From NCBI GenBank assembly GCA_965140445.1, contig OZ223236.1, forward strand, positions 2,240,001 through 2,304,000: a DNA stretch of 64,000 nucleotides, read 5' to 3'. The translations under genes were made by a program, and so were the position numbers. Of the stretch, positions 38,647 to 46,697 are shown piece after piece (the stretch's first letter is position 1; every line of letters starts with the position of its first letter). The stretch comes from Candidatus Ozemobacteraceae bacterium. GTDB lineage: Bacteria > Muiribacteriota > Ozemobacteria > Ozemobacterales > Ozemobacteraceae. The notes under the pieces were generated by a model. The model did no database searches. It saw only the letters and a program-made list of their open reading frames with translations, and was not told the DNA's origin.

Positions 38647-39810
38647 ATGGGGAAGAATATGAGTAAGCTCAAGGCGTTTTTGATGACAGTTGTAATTTCA
38701 ATTCTCGGCATTTATTTTGCCGAAAATGTGCTTTGTGCAGATCAGGCGACAAATGATTTAACTACAAAATCTGTTTCCTCTGAGCAAACAGCGAGATGCA
38801 TTCAATGTCATAAGGGACGCCAAAAAAGACTCATCGACGATTGGGAAAAAAGCGCTCATGCAAAAAATGGAGTTGGCTGTTACGAATGCCATAGTGTCGA
38901 ACCAGGCAACCCATCTGGAAAAAACGGTCATTTTGGTTTTGTGGTTAGCCTTGCTGTAACTCCTGATACTTGTGGAAAGTGCCATGCTGAAGAATTTAAA
39001 TCATTTGCTTCTTCAAGTCATGCACTGGCTTTTGATCTGGTTGCGGATGTGGCTTCGCAGTCTATAGCCACAAGTAATGGAATTATTTTTGAGAGAAGTT
39101 GCGCAATGTGTCACGGAAATTCTGATCAGTTTGAGAGAGGGGTTCCAATAAATAATAGATGGCCAAACCATGGTATTGGAAGGATTAACGCAGATGGGTC
39201 ACGCGGAAATTGTGCTGCATGTCATTCTAAACACGATTTTTCATTGGCTAAAGTCAGGGATGCGGATACCTGTGGAAGGTGCCACCATGGGCAGCCAGGT
39301 CCCATGAAAGAAATCTGGGAGGCATCGAGGCACGGGAATTCATTTGAAATTGCCAACAAGGATGTGGATTTTTCCAGAAGAGGTTTTATGCCATTTAGGG
39401 ATGGGGTGAAGATTCCAAATTGCTATGTCTGTCACATGGCGGGTGTAGATGAAAGCGGAAAAGGGAAAACCCACGACCCTGCAGAGCGAATTTCATGGTC
39501 ACTTGCGGGAATGCCTGCTGCAAAGAATGCGAATTGGGGCTCCAAGCGAAATTTGATGAAAACCATGTGTCGAAATTGTCATGGTAATAGTCAGATAAAT
39601 GGTTATTACAGTGCGTTGGACAAAGTTGTTTTTTCTTGCAATGATTTTGGAAAGGTTCATGAAAATCTTATTGCCTCTATGAGTCCTGTGCTTAGAACTG
39701 AATTTAAACGAGCTCTTAAGCGTATGAAATTCGGGGCGGCAATGATGAGTCCAATTCATGTAACTGAGGGAGAAAGCCGTTTTAAAGTGCTTCTTGATGG
39801 AAAAAATTAA
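38647..39810 (+). CDS. Periplasmic octaheme cytochrome c, hydroxylamine-oxidoreductase (HAO) family
   Basis: Signal peptide and 8 CxxCH motifs (CIQCH, CYECH, CGKCH, CAMCH, CAACH, CGRCH, CYVCH, CRNCH); WPN.GIGRIN.DGSRG.C..CH..H.FS, CG.CH.G and IW..S.HG are typical of HAO-like proteins. Confidence 0.88.
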   Translation: MGKNMSKLKAFLMTVVISILGIYFAENVLCADQATNDLTTKSVSSEQTARCIQCHKGRQKRLIDDWEKSAHAKNGVGCYECHSVEPGNPSGKNGHFGFVVSLAVTPDTCGKCHAEEFKSFASSSHALAFDLVADVASQSIATSNGIIFERSCAMCHGNSDQFERGVPINNRWPNHGIGRINADGSRGNCAACHSKHDFSLAKVRDADTCGRCHHGQPGPMKEIWEASRHGNSFEIANKDVDFSRRGFMPFRDGVKIPNCYVCHMAGVDESGKGKTHDPAERISWSLAGMPAAKNANWGSKRNLMKTMCRNCHGNSQINGYYSALDKVVFSCNDFGKVHENLIASMSPVLRTEFKRALKRMKFGAAMMSPIHVTEGESRFKVLLDGKN

Positions 39811-39884
39811 GGAAAACTGTTAAAAGTGCCGATATAAAGTATAAGGAATAAAAAAAATAGTCAGGGACGACGCAATTTTGGAGG
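39807..39884 (+). promoter_or_regulatory. sigma28-like promoter and possible CsrA site
   Basis: TTAA-N17-GCCGATAT (39807-39835); GTCAGGGACGAC mini-hairpin (39860-39871); GGAGG SD. Confidence 0.6.
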
Positions 39885-39890
39885 CGGCAC

Positions 39891-40676
39891 ATGGCTATTT
39901 CCAGCATTGAATCGCGTATTTGCAGTTCCTGGCAAACAAAGCCCGGTGGAGTTTCTGGCAACAAATTTCTTTTTGCGCAATCCATGAGTTCAAATTCTGC
40001 GATTACATCCTCTGAGGAGTCTGTTGAGAGTATGCTCGATGCAGATCCAGTTCAGGAAGTTGATAAGACTTCAACAACTTCTCAATCAGATGTAAAAGAG
40101 GATTCGCCTAAAGGATTCTATGATGCTTACGAAGAAAGAGTCAAAGAATCTCCCATCCTGAGTAAATACTATGAAAAGTTGGGTGGCATTCCCTATCATC
40201 AAGGCGAAGACGGAATAAAAATTCCAGCTCTATTGTTCTTAGAGGGCGGTGATATTGGCGGTTCAGGCAGCATCAATGGTAATTTGGAAATGGGACTTGA
40301 ACTTTTTCAGGACGAATTTTCAGATTGGATGCGACAGGAAGATGTTTTTAGTAATCCACCAATTAATCTTAAGTCCAATTCAAGTGGACAGATCGTAGTT
40401 GAAGGTGATCATCCGCAAAAGGATAAGATCGAGGCATATTTTAAAGAGCACGACGATATGGCAAATTTCTTTAAGGGAATGACGGCCGCTAAGAGCCTGA
40501 TAGAAATTGGGAAAGAATCCTCAAAATTTCAGGAGGCTTATAGAATTGATCCCCAGGCAGCGATAAGAGAGTATTCACACTTTTTTTCAGGAAAATATTA
40601 TTATGAATCTTCTTTGAATATTTCGGATTCTGGATTTGATTTATTTTCAGAACCAAAATGGGCGATGAACGCTTAA
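39891..40676 (+). CDS. Hypothetical protein with Ser/Thr-rich N-terminus
   Basis: GGAGG RBS; C-terminal G.I.V.GDHP.K..IE motif; no Sec signal. Confidence 0.75.
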   Translation: MAISSIESRICSSWQTKPGGVSGNKFLFAQSMSSNSAITSSEESVESMLDADPVQEVDKTSTTSQSDVKEDSPKGFYDAYEERVKESPILSKYYEKLGGIPYHQGEDGIKIPALLFLEGGDIGGSGSINGNLEMGLELFQDEFSDWMRQEDVFSNPPINLKSNSSGQIVVEGDHPQKDKIEAYFKEHDDMANFFKGMTAAKSLIEIGKESSKFQEAYRIDPQAAIREYSHFFSGKYYYESSLNISDSGFDLFSEPKWAMNA

Positions 40677-40680
40677 TAAA

Positions 40681-40724
40681 AAATTCCCCTCTGATTTGTC
40701 TAGTCAGAGGGGGATTTTTTTTTT
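40681..40724. terminator. Intrinsic terminator between convergent genes
   Basis: TCCCCTCTGA...TCAGAGGGGG stem followed by a long T-run. Confidence 0.85.
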
Positions 40725-40727
40725 CGG

Positions 40728-41141
40728 TTATTCAAAAATTTCTGGTTTGTCCTGTCCCATTGAGGAGACTATCATTTTGTAAGGTTTTACTACCAGCAGA
40801 ACGTATTCTGGGTCGTTGACGTCTTTGAAGTAATGAGCCAGAGCAGGTGACCAGAATTTCTGCTTTAATTCAGGGGCTTCCTCAATAACCGCTTTTCCCT
40901 GGATTTGATAATACTTTGGAGTCTCTTTGTTGCCGCCGTAAGCAATGTGGACTTCATCGTTATGTTTTAGATGGCTAACTTTTCTTGAGCTTTTAAATGT
41001 TGCCATTACAACATTGCCACTATCGTCTGCGCTTGCCATCATCGCTCTCACCCAGGGTTTGTTATCAGGACTTACTGTACCCAGGTTTGTCAGAGTTGGC
41101 TTCTCAAAAAGTTTAATGACATTTGTAAAGATTTCTTTCAT
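40728..41141 (-). CDS. Pyridoxamine 5'-phosphate oxidase-like FMN-binding protein (general stress protein 26 type)
   Basis: LGTV....PWVR.M, T.KSSRKV..L..N..V, YF....DPEY.LL. Confidence 0.8.
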   Translation of the reverse strand: MKEIFTNVIKLFEKPTLTNLGTVSPDNKPWVRAMMASADDSGNVVMATFKSSRKVSHLKHNDEVHIAYGGNKETPKYYQIQGKAVIEEAPELKQKFWSPALAHYFKDVNDPEYVLLVVKPYKMIVSSMGQDKPEIFE

Positions 41142-41162
41142 GTCTGCTCCTCTTATTTAATT

Positions 41163-41867
41163 TTAGATCAAGATGTCTTTATCTCCAGAAGCTAGAGCTT
41201 CCAGCTCATCTTTACTTGCAATTGTAATTTTAGTCCCCTTTACATCAATAAGTCCAGCTTGCTGCATTTTTTTAAAAGTTCGGCTAAGGGTTGCTGGAAT
41301 TGTACCTATTCTGCCAGCTAAGGCTGTCTTTGTTATCTCAAGAGCAAATGAATTTTTCCCGGAGTGGCGTGCCATTCGTAAAATATATTTAGCCAGTCTT
41401 GATGAGATGTCTTTTAATGACAAGTCGTCTATTAGCTCTACAAACTGTCTTAATCTTAAAGATAGTACTGCCAACAGGTTTAAAAGAATTTCGGGGTGCT
41501 TCTTACTTAAAGACAGAAACGCATTACGCGGAACAAATAAAAGTTGGGAATCAGTTAAACAAACTGCTGAAGCTGGGAAAGCCGTACCTTGAAAAACAGG
41601 AACTTCTCCAAAAACCTCGCCGTCGTCAAAAATATGAATGACCTGTTCTCTACCATCGTTTGCTAATCTAAAAATTTTAACGTTTCCTTTTTCTATCAGA
41701 TAAAATCCATCCGCCTCCTGGTGTTGCATAAAGAGAATTTTTCCGGATTGATGGGTGATTGGGATGGCTATTTCGCTGAGTTTTTCCAGAAATTTTTCTT
41801 CTAATTCCCGGAGTAGGTCACTTTTCTTAAACGCTTCTATGATGTTGGTTTGCAGTTCTGCTTTCAT
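41163..41867 (-). CDS. hcpR: Crp/Fnr-family transcriptional regulator, HcpR/DNR-like
   Basis: cNMP-binding fold (G.VKI, GEVFGE, FPASA) and HTH (LAGRIGTIPATLSR); divergent from the hcp operon. Confidence 0.8.
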   Translation of the reverse strand: MKAELQTNIIEAFKKSDLLRELEEKFLEKLSEIAIPITHQSGKILFMQHQEADGFYLIEKGNVKIFRLANDGREQVIHIFDDGEVFGEVPVFQGTAFPASAVCLTDSQLLFVPRNAFLSLSKKHPEILLNLLAVLSLRLRQFVELIDDLSLKDISSRLAKYILRMARHSGKNSFALEITKTALAGRIGTIPATLSRTFKKMQQAGLIDVKGTKITIASKDELEALASGDKDILI

Positions 41868-41926
41868 GTCTCAATTCTAGAGTAAATTTAAGTAATTTTC
41901 AAAAATAAATAAAAAAGTTTACAGAA

Positions 41927-41940
41927 TTGACTTAAGTCAA
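41927..41940. promoter_or_regulatory. Crp/Fnr-type operator TTGAC-N4-GTCAA
   Basis: Perfect palindrome TTGACTTAAGTCAA, with GATAAT -10 at 41963-41968 (class II -41.5 geometry). Confidence 0.8.
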
Positions 41941-42010
41941 AGCGCAAATAAGTGAATTTGAAGATAATAATTATGTAAGAACAAAGAAAAGCAAACAAAG
42001 GAGCAACCAA

Positions 42011-42811
42011 ATGGCTTTAAGAAAAATTATCAACATAGATGAATCTTTGTGTAATGGTTGTGGAAATTGCATTACTGGGTGTGCTGAAGGCGCACTTCAA
42101 TTAGTAGATGGTAAGGCAAAGCTGGTTAAAGAAACCTTTTGTGATGGTTTTGGAGATTGCATTGGAACTTGTCCCACCGGAGCTTTGACCATAGAAGAAA
42201 GGGATTGTGAAGAGTTTGATTTTGATGTTACGCTTGACTATGTAAGAGAGATCAGAGGGGAAGATGGCGCAAATAGAATGATAGATTCTCATGCAAAACA
42301 TGAGGCCATTGAAAAAGTAGAACCAAAGAAACGCGGGGGTTGTCCAGGAAGCCAGATCAGGTTTAATAAGCCTGAGGTTTTGTCTACACCAGTTTCAAAT
42401 GTGCAAATGCCAGTGGTAAACAAGTCTGAAATCAGTCAGTGGCCAATAATGCTGCATCTGGTTCCACCATCTGCACCCTTTTTCAAGAATCGCGAACTAG
42501 CTATTCTTAGCACCTGCTCAAGTGTTACAAGTCCAGATGTGCAGTGGAGATATATTCGTGGTAGAGCAGTAGTGGTGGCATGTCCAAAACTTGATAGAAC
42601 TGAAGGCTATGTTGATAAGCTTGCTGGAATTTTAAATGAGAATCAGATTCCAAAAGTTCACATAATTCGAATGGAAGTTCCTTGCTGCGGTGGATTGACA
42701 GCCATCGTCAGATCAGCATTAGCAAAAGTTGATCGCAATGATCTAATTGTGGAAGAAGTTACAGTAAGTCTTTCAGGGGAAATTCTTAAAACTGAAAAAA
42801 TTTTTGGTTAG
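42011..42811 (+). CDS. 4Fe-4S dicluster ferredoxin-domain protein (hcp-associated)
   Basis: CNGCGNCITGC, CDGFGDCIGTCP, GGCPGS, QWP..L.LV, CPKLD, MEVPCCGG. Confidence 0.88.
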   Translation: MALRKIINIDESLCNGCGNCITGCAEGALQLVDGKAKLVKETFCDGFGDCIGTCPTGALTIEERDCEEFDFDVTLDYVREIRGEDGANRMIDSHAKHEAIEKVEPKKRGGCPGSQIRFNKPEVLSTPVSNVQMPVVNKSEISQWPIMLHLVPPSAPFFKNRELAILSTCSSVTSPDVQWRYIRGRAVVVACPKLDRTEGYVDKLAGILNENQIPKVHIIRMEVPCCGGLTAIVRSALAKVDRNDLIVEEVTVSLSGEILKTEKIFG

Positions 42812-42820
42812 GGGGAAATT

Positions 42821-43147
42821 ATGAGTAATCCAGTCTGGAGTCCTAAAAAAGTAATAAATTATAGTGAATTTGTAAGTTATTCAGAGGGGTCGATTGTAAG
42901 CAAGACCCTTTTTGACAAACCATCGGGAAGCTTAACTCTCTTTGCTATTGCTGAAGGGCAGGGCATTGCAGAGCATAAATCACCTTTTGACGCCACAGTA
43001 AATGTTCTTGATGGCGAAGGTGTTTTTGAAATTGAAGGCGAAGAGTTTGTGGTTAAAGCCGGAGAAGCTTTAATTATGCCGGCAATGGTTCCCCATGCAG
43101 TAAAAGCCGGAAAAGCGTTTAAATTTTTACTAATTATGATCAGGTAA
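42821..43147 (+). CDS. Cupin-domain protein
   Basis: EH.SPFDA...L.GEG and MPA..PHAVKA cupin motifs. Confidence 0.88.
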   Translation: MSNPVWSPKKVINYSEFVSYSEGSIVSKTLFDKPSGSLTLFAIAEGQGIAEHKSPFDATVNVLDGEGVFEIEGEEFVVKAGEALIMPAMVPHAVKAGKAFKFLLIMIR

Positions 43148-43210
43148 TTAACTGAGCCTTGAACTCAGAGATATCTAAAACTTAACGATTAAATTCTTAG
43201 GAGGAATAAT

Positions 43211-44857
43211 ATGGGTATGTTTTGTTATCAGTGTCAGGAAACTGCAGCTTGTAAAGGCTGCACTATTAAAGGTGTTTGTGGCAAGCAACCAGAAACTGCT
43301 CAACTGCAGGACTTATTGGTTTTCGTGTTGAGAGGAATTGGAGAACTCGGTGAAAAAGGAGCTGCCAAAGGGCTAATTACTACTGAAGTTGGTGAGTTTA
43401 TTTCAGCTTCATTATTTGCCACTATTACCAATGCCAATTTTGATAACGAATACTTCTTTAACAGAGTTGATCAGGCTCTAAAATTAAGAAATAAAATGAA
43501 AAAGCAGCTTGTAGATGCAGGAATTGGTTTAGAGGGCCTCTCTGAAGCTGTAGCATGGGAACCTGTTTCTCGTGATGAATATATGGCAAAAGCTGAGCAC
43601 GTTGGTGTTCTAGCCACTGAAAATGAAGACGTTAGATCTCTTCGTGAGCTTCTTATGTATGGCCTCAAAGGAATTGCGGCATATGCTCACCATGCTTTTA
43701 TTCTTGACCACAGTGACAAAGCTATTTATGAATTCCTTGCAGAAGCTTTGGCCTCTACAACTAAATCTCTTAGCGTTGATGAAATGGTGGGACTCGTTCT
43801 CAAAGCTGGAGAAGTGGCAGTGACTACAATGGCTCTGCTGGACAAGGCAAATACTTCCACTTATGGAAATCCAGAAATCACTGAAGTTGATCTCGGTGTT
43901 GGAACTAGGCCCGGAATCCTGGTTTCAGGTCATGACTTGAGAGACTTCCATGATCTTCTCGAACAAACAAAAGATGCTGGAATTGATATTTATACTCATA
44001 GCGAAATGCTTCCGGCCAATTACTATCCAGCTTTCAAAAAATACAGTCATTTCCATGGCAACTATGGAAACGCATGGTGGAAACAAGCTGAAGAATTTAC
44101 TTCCTTTAATGGACCGATTCTTATGACCACCAACTGTATTGTCCCTGTAAAAGATGCATATAAAGATAGAATTTATACCACTGGTAACGCAGGTTATCCA
44201 GGAGTAAAACACATTGCTGACCGTCCAGAAGGCGGAGTTAAGGATTTTTCAGAAATAATTGCCCAGGCCAAAAAATGCCAGGCTCCAGTTGAAATAGAAA
44301 CCGGAAAAATAGTGGGTGGTTTTGCTCATAACCAGGTTCTTGCTCTTGCAGATAAAGTTGTTGCAGCAGTTAAGAGTGGCGCTATCAAAAGATTTGTTGT
44401 AATGGCAGGATGCGATGGACGTCAGAAAGGGCGCGAATACTTTACTGATGTTGCAAAAGAACTTCCGGAAGGAACTGTAATTCTTACTGCTGGTTGTGCC
44501 AAATATCGTTACAATAAGCTTCAATTGGGCGATATAGGAGGAATTCCAAGAGTTCTTGATGCCGGGCAGTGTAACGATAGTTATTCATTGGCAGTTGTGG
44601 CACTAAAGCTTAAAGAAGTTTTTGCTCTCGAAGATATTAACGAGCTTCCAATATCATTTGATATAGGATGGTATGAACAAAAAGCTGTTGCTGTTCTACT
44701 TGCTCTCCTTCACCTTGGTGTTAAGGGAATTCGCTTAGGGCCTACACTCCCAGCATTCCTTTCTCCAACAGTTGCTAAAGTTCTTGTTGAAAACTTTGAT
44801 TTAAAAGCAACTGGTGAAGTAAAAGCTGACATCGAAGCAATGATGCAGGGAAAATAA
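43211..44857 (+). CDS. hcp: Hybrid cluster protein (hydroxylamine/NO reductase)
   Basis: MFCYQCQET...[37 protein letters not shown]. Confidence 0.97.
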   Translation: MGMFCYQCQETAACKGCTIKGVCGKQPETAQLQDLLVFVLRGIGELGEKGAAKGLITTEVGEFISASLFATITNANFDNEYFFNRVDQALKLRNKMKKQLVDAGIGLEGLSEAVAWEPVSRDEYMAKAEHVGVLATENEDVRSLRELLMYGLKGIAAYAHHAFILDHSDKAIYEFLAEALASTTKSLSVDEMVGLVLKAGEVAVTTMALLDKANTSTYGNPEITEVDLGVGTRPGILVSGHDLRDFHDLLEQTKDAGIDIYTHSEMLPANYYPAFKKYSHFHGNYGNAWWKQAEEFTSFNGPILMTTNCIVPVKDAYKDRIYTTGNAGYPGVKHIADRPEGGVKDFSEIIAQAKKCQAPVEIETGKIVGGFAHNQVLALADKVVAAVKSGAIKRFVVMAGCDGRQKGREYFTDVAKELPEGTVILTAGCAKYRYNKLQLGDIGGIPRVLDAGQCNDSYSLAVVALKLKEVFALEDINELPISFDIGWYEQKAVAVLLALLHLGVKGIRLGPTLPAFLSPTVAKVLVENFDLKATGEVKADIEAMMQGK

Positions 44858-44880
44858 AGAAAAATATCTCTTTCAAAATT

Positions 44881-44908
44881 GCAGGCCGCCAAATTGGCGG
44901 CCTGTTTT
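44881..44908 (+). terminator. Intrinsic terminator after hcp
   Basis: CAGGCCGCCAA-A-TTGGCGGCCTG followed by TTTT. Confidence 0.8.
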
Positions 44909-44963
44909 ACTTTTAGTGAAAAAATTGTAGAATAAAACGGAAATAGCAATAGTTGAGGAACAG

Positions 44964-45794
44964 ATGCATATAAGTCGCTTTCAAGATATGGATTTTTTAG
45001 CTGTTAAGGATGCTTTATCACTTCCATCAGGAGAATTTTCGTCTGCTGAAGAGAATTTAAAATATTTCGAAGAATTTAAACCCCAAAACTGGTTTTGTGC
45101 TCTGGATAATGATGAACAACCTGTTGGCTTTGTTATTTCACGTTATGATTCTGAATTGATGCATGATCTTGAAATTTTTGTTAAAGATTCGTTAGACCGA
45201 AATGCTGTTTTGCTTGCTCTGTTAGGACGATTTAATGTTGTCAGTGCTGAATTATACCCAGATTACAAGTTTCGAATCTCTGTGGTAAAGAAGGACAAAA
45301 TTCTTAACTCTGTTATTCAGAAAATATTCGTTATTGATTCAAAATCAGAGTTTCTTTTGATGGAAAAAGATTTGGTTGGTCATCTTTCTGGTAGAAGTAT
45401 TAAAGAGCATGCCTCTTCTGAAGAGATTTCACAAATTCTGGATTTGTTTGCAGGCGTTAAACAATATACCCAGGAAGAGATTCAGAAACTGGTTGGGCAA
45501 AAAAAGATATTTTGGATAAAACATAATGAAAAGATTGCCGCAGCAGTACATTTTGAAGACAGACCAGAAGTTGCTTGCGAACTAATTACAATGGTCACCT
45601 CGGATGAACTGAGGGGAGAGGGCTTTGCAACAAGACTTCTGGAGTTGTTGAAGCACGAATTTAAGGGACGATATGCAAAGATGTTTGTAAAGGTGAACAG
45701 TATTAATCAGCCAGGTATTAGCCTTTGCTGTAATGCCGGTTTGTTATCAAATCCCAATAAAATTGAAACTCAGTATATTTGCACTATTGCCTGA
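44964..45794 (+). CDS. GNAT-family acetyltransferase
   Basis: C-terminal motif A (ELRGEGFATRLL) and V...N.P. Confidence 0.7.
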   Translation: MHISRFQDMDFLAVKDALSLPSGEFSSAEENLKYFEEFKPQNWFCALDNDEQPVGFVISRYDSELMHDLEIFVKDSLDRNAVLLALLGRFNVVSAELYPDYKFRISVVKKDKILNSVIQKIFVIDSKSEFLLMEKDLVGHLSGRSIKEHASSEEISQILDLFAGVKQYTQEEIQKLVGQKKIFWIKHNEKIAAAVHFEDRPEVACELITMVTSDELRGEGFATRLLELLKHEFKGRYAKMFVKVNSINQPGISLCCNAGLLSNPNKIETQYICTIA

Positions 45795-45891
45795 GCCAAA
45801 ACTTGCGCCATTTTCATTATTTAGGTCTTTAATGAAGATGAAGTGCCGCAAGTTCTGGCTTAAAGCTTTGCAAAATGAAAAAACTAATCAG

Positions 45892-46605
45892 CTATTTTTC
45901 TATGGAGTTCCAATCGGGACCAATATTTGGAAATTTTGCTCTGAATTTTTCTAATTCATCAAAACTCGAAAAATTTCGTACTCCAAAGTGTCTTTTCCAA
46001 CCAAAGAAATCTGCAGGATGAGCAAAATCAAAACCTTTGTTTTTTCTGGCAATGTTTTCTGCAAAAACCCTGTCTGAATTTGAATGATCAACGCCCGGAG
46101 TCCCATCAGGTTCAACCTCTTTGCCTTTTTTCCATGCGGCGTCACCTATCATAAGGCTGTTTTTCCAGTCCAGTTTCAGGCCTGCCTCTTTGAGGCATTT
46201 TTCAAGAAAAAGAGCCATTCCTGGTTTTGGTTTTCTGTATTCATCACATCTATCCGCAAAATCGAAATAGTTTATTAAAACGCCATAGTCGGCAATCTTT
46301 TTTACCGTTGCGTGCATTGCAGATTCAGCATCAGATAATTTCAAGTGCCCATATTGGACTCCTGCCTGGTTAGAAACAATTGCCAGCAAATAGCCTTGGT
46401 TAACAAGCGACTTCAAAATGGGAATGATACAGGGTAGCAATTCAACATCCTGGGCTTTTAATGGAGAAGGGCGGCCGCTTTTGGCTATTCTTAAGGTGCT
46501 GTCAGCATCAAAAAAGGCAACTTTAAAGGAAACCTCTTTTTTCTGTGTTTCCGATAACACAAGCTGTCTTCTTTTAAGTGGAATTTTAGCTATATTTTTT
46601 TTCAT
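45892..46605 (-). CDS. HAD-IIIA phosphatase, PNKP/DNA 3'-phosphatase-like
   Basis: FFDADSTLR..KSG, IVSNQAG, YRKPKPGM, MIGDAA, DHSNSDRVFAEN. Confidence 0.75.
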   Translation of the reverse strand: MKKNIAKIPLKRRQLVLSETQKKEVSFKVAFFDADSTLRIAKSGRPSPLKAQDVELLPCIIPILKSLVNQGYLLAIVSNQAGVQYGHLKLSDAESAMHATVKKIADYGVLINYFDFADRCDEYRKPKPGMALFLEKCLKEAGLKLDWKNSLMIGDAAWKKGKEVEPDGTPGVDHSNSDRVFAENIARKNKGFDFAHPADFFGWKRHFGVRNFSSFDELEKFRAKFPNIGPDWNSIEK

Positions 46606-46650
46606 TTTTTGCTTCCATGTTTTTTTCTATGAATGTATTTAAGGCATTAA

Positions 46651-46688
46651 ATAGGCGCAATACCAAAATAAATTGATATTGCGCCTGT
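46651..46688 (-). terminator. Stem-loop downstream of the pepF pair
   Basis: ATAGGCGCAATA...TATTGCGCCTGT inverted repeat. Confidence 0.6.
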
Positions 46689-46697
46689 ATTGATTAA

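Noticed and set aside
38647..39810. Evidence of nitrification or anammox
   Set aside because: No amo, cycA/B or hzs genes in the window; the protein is short and lacks an evident crosslink Tyr region.
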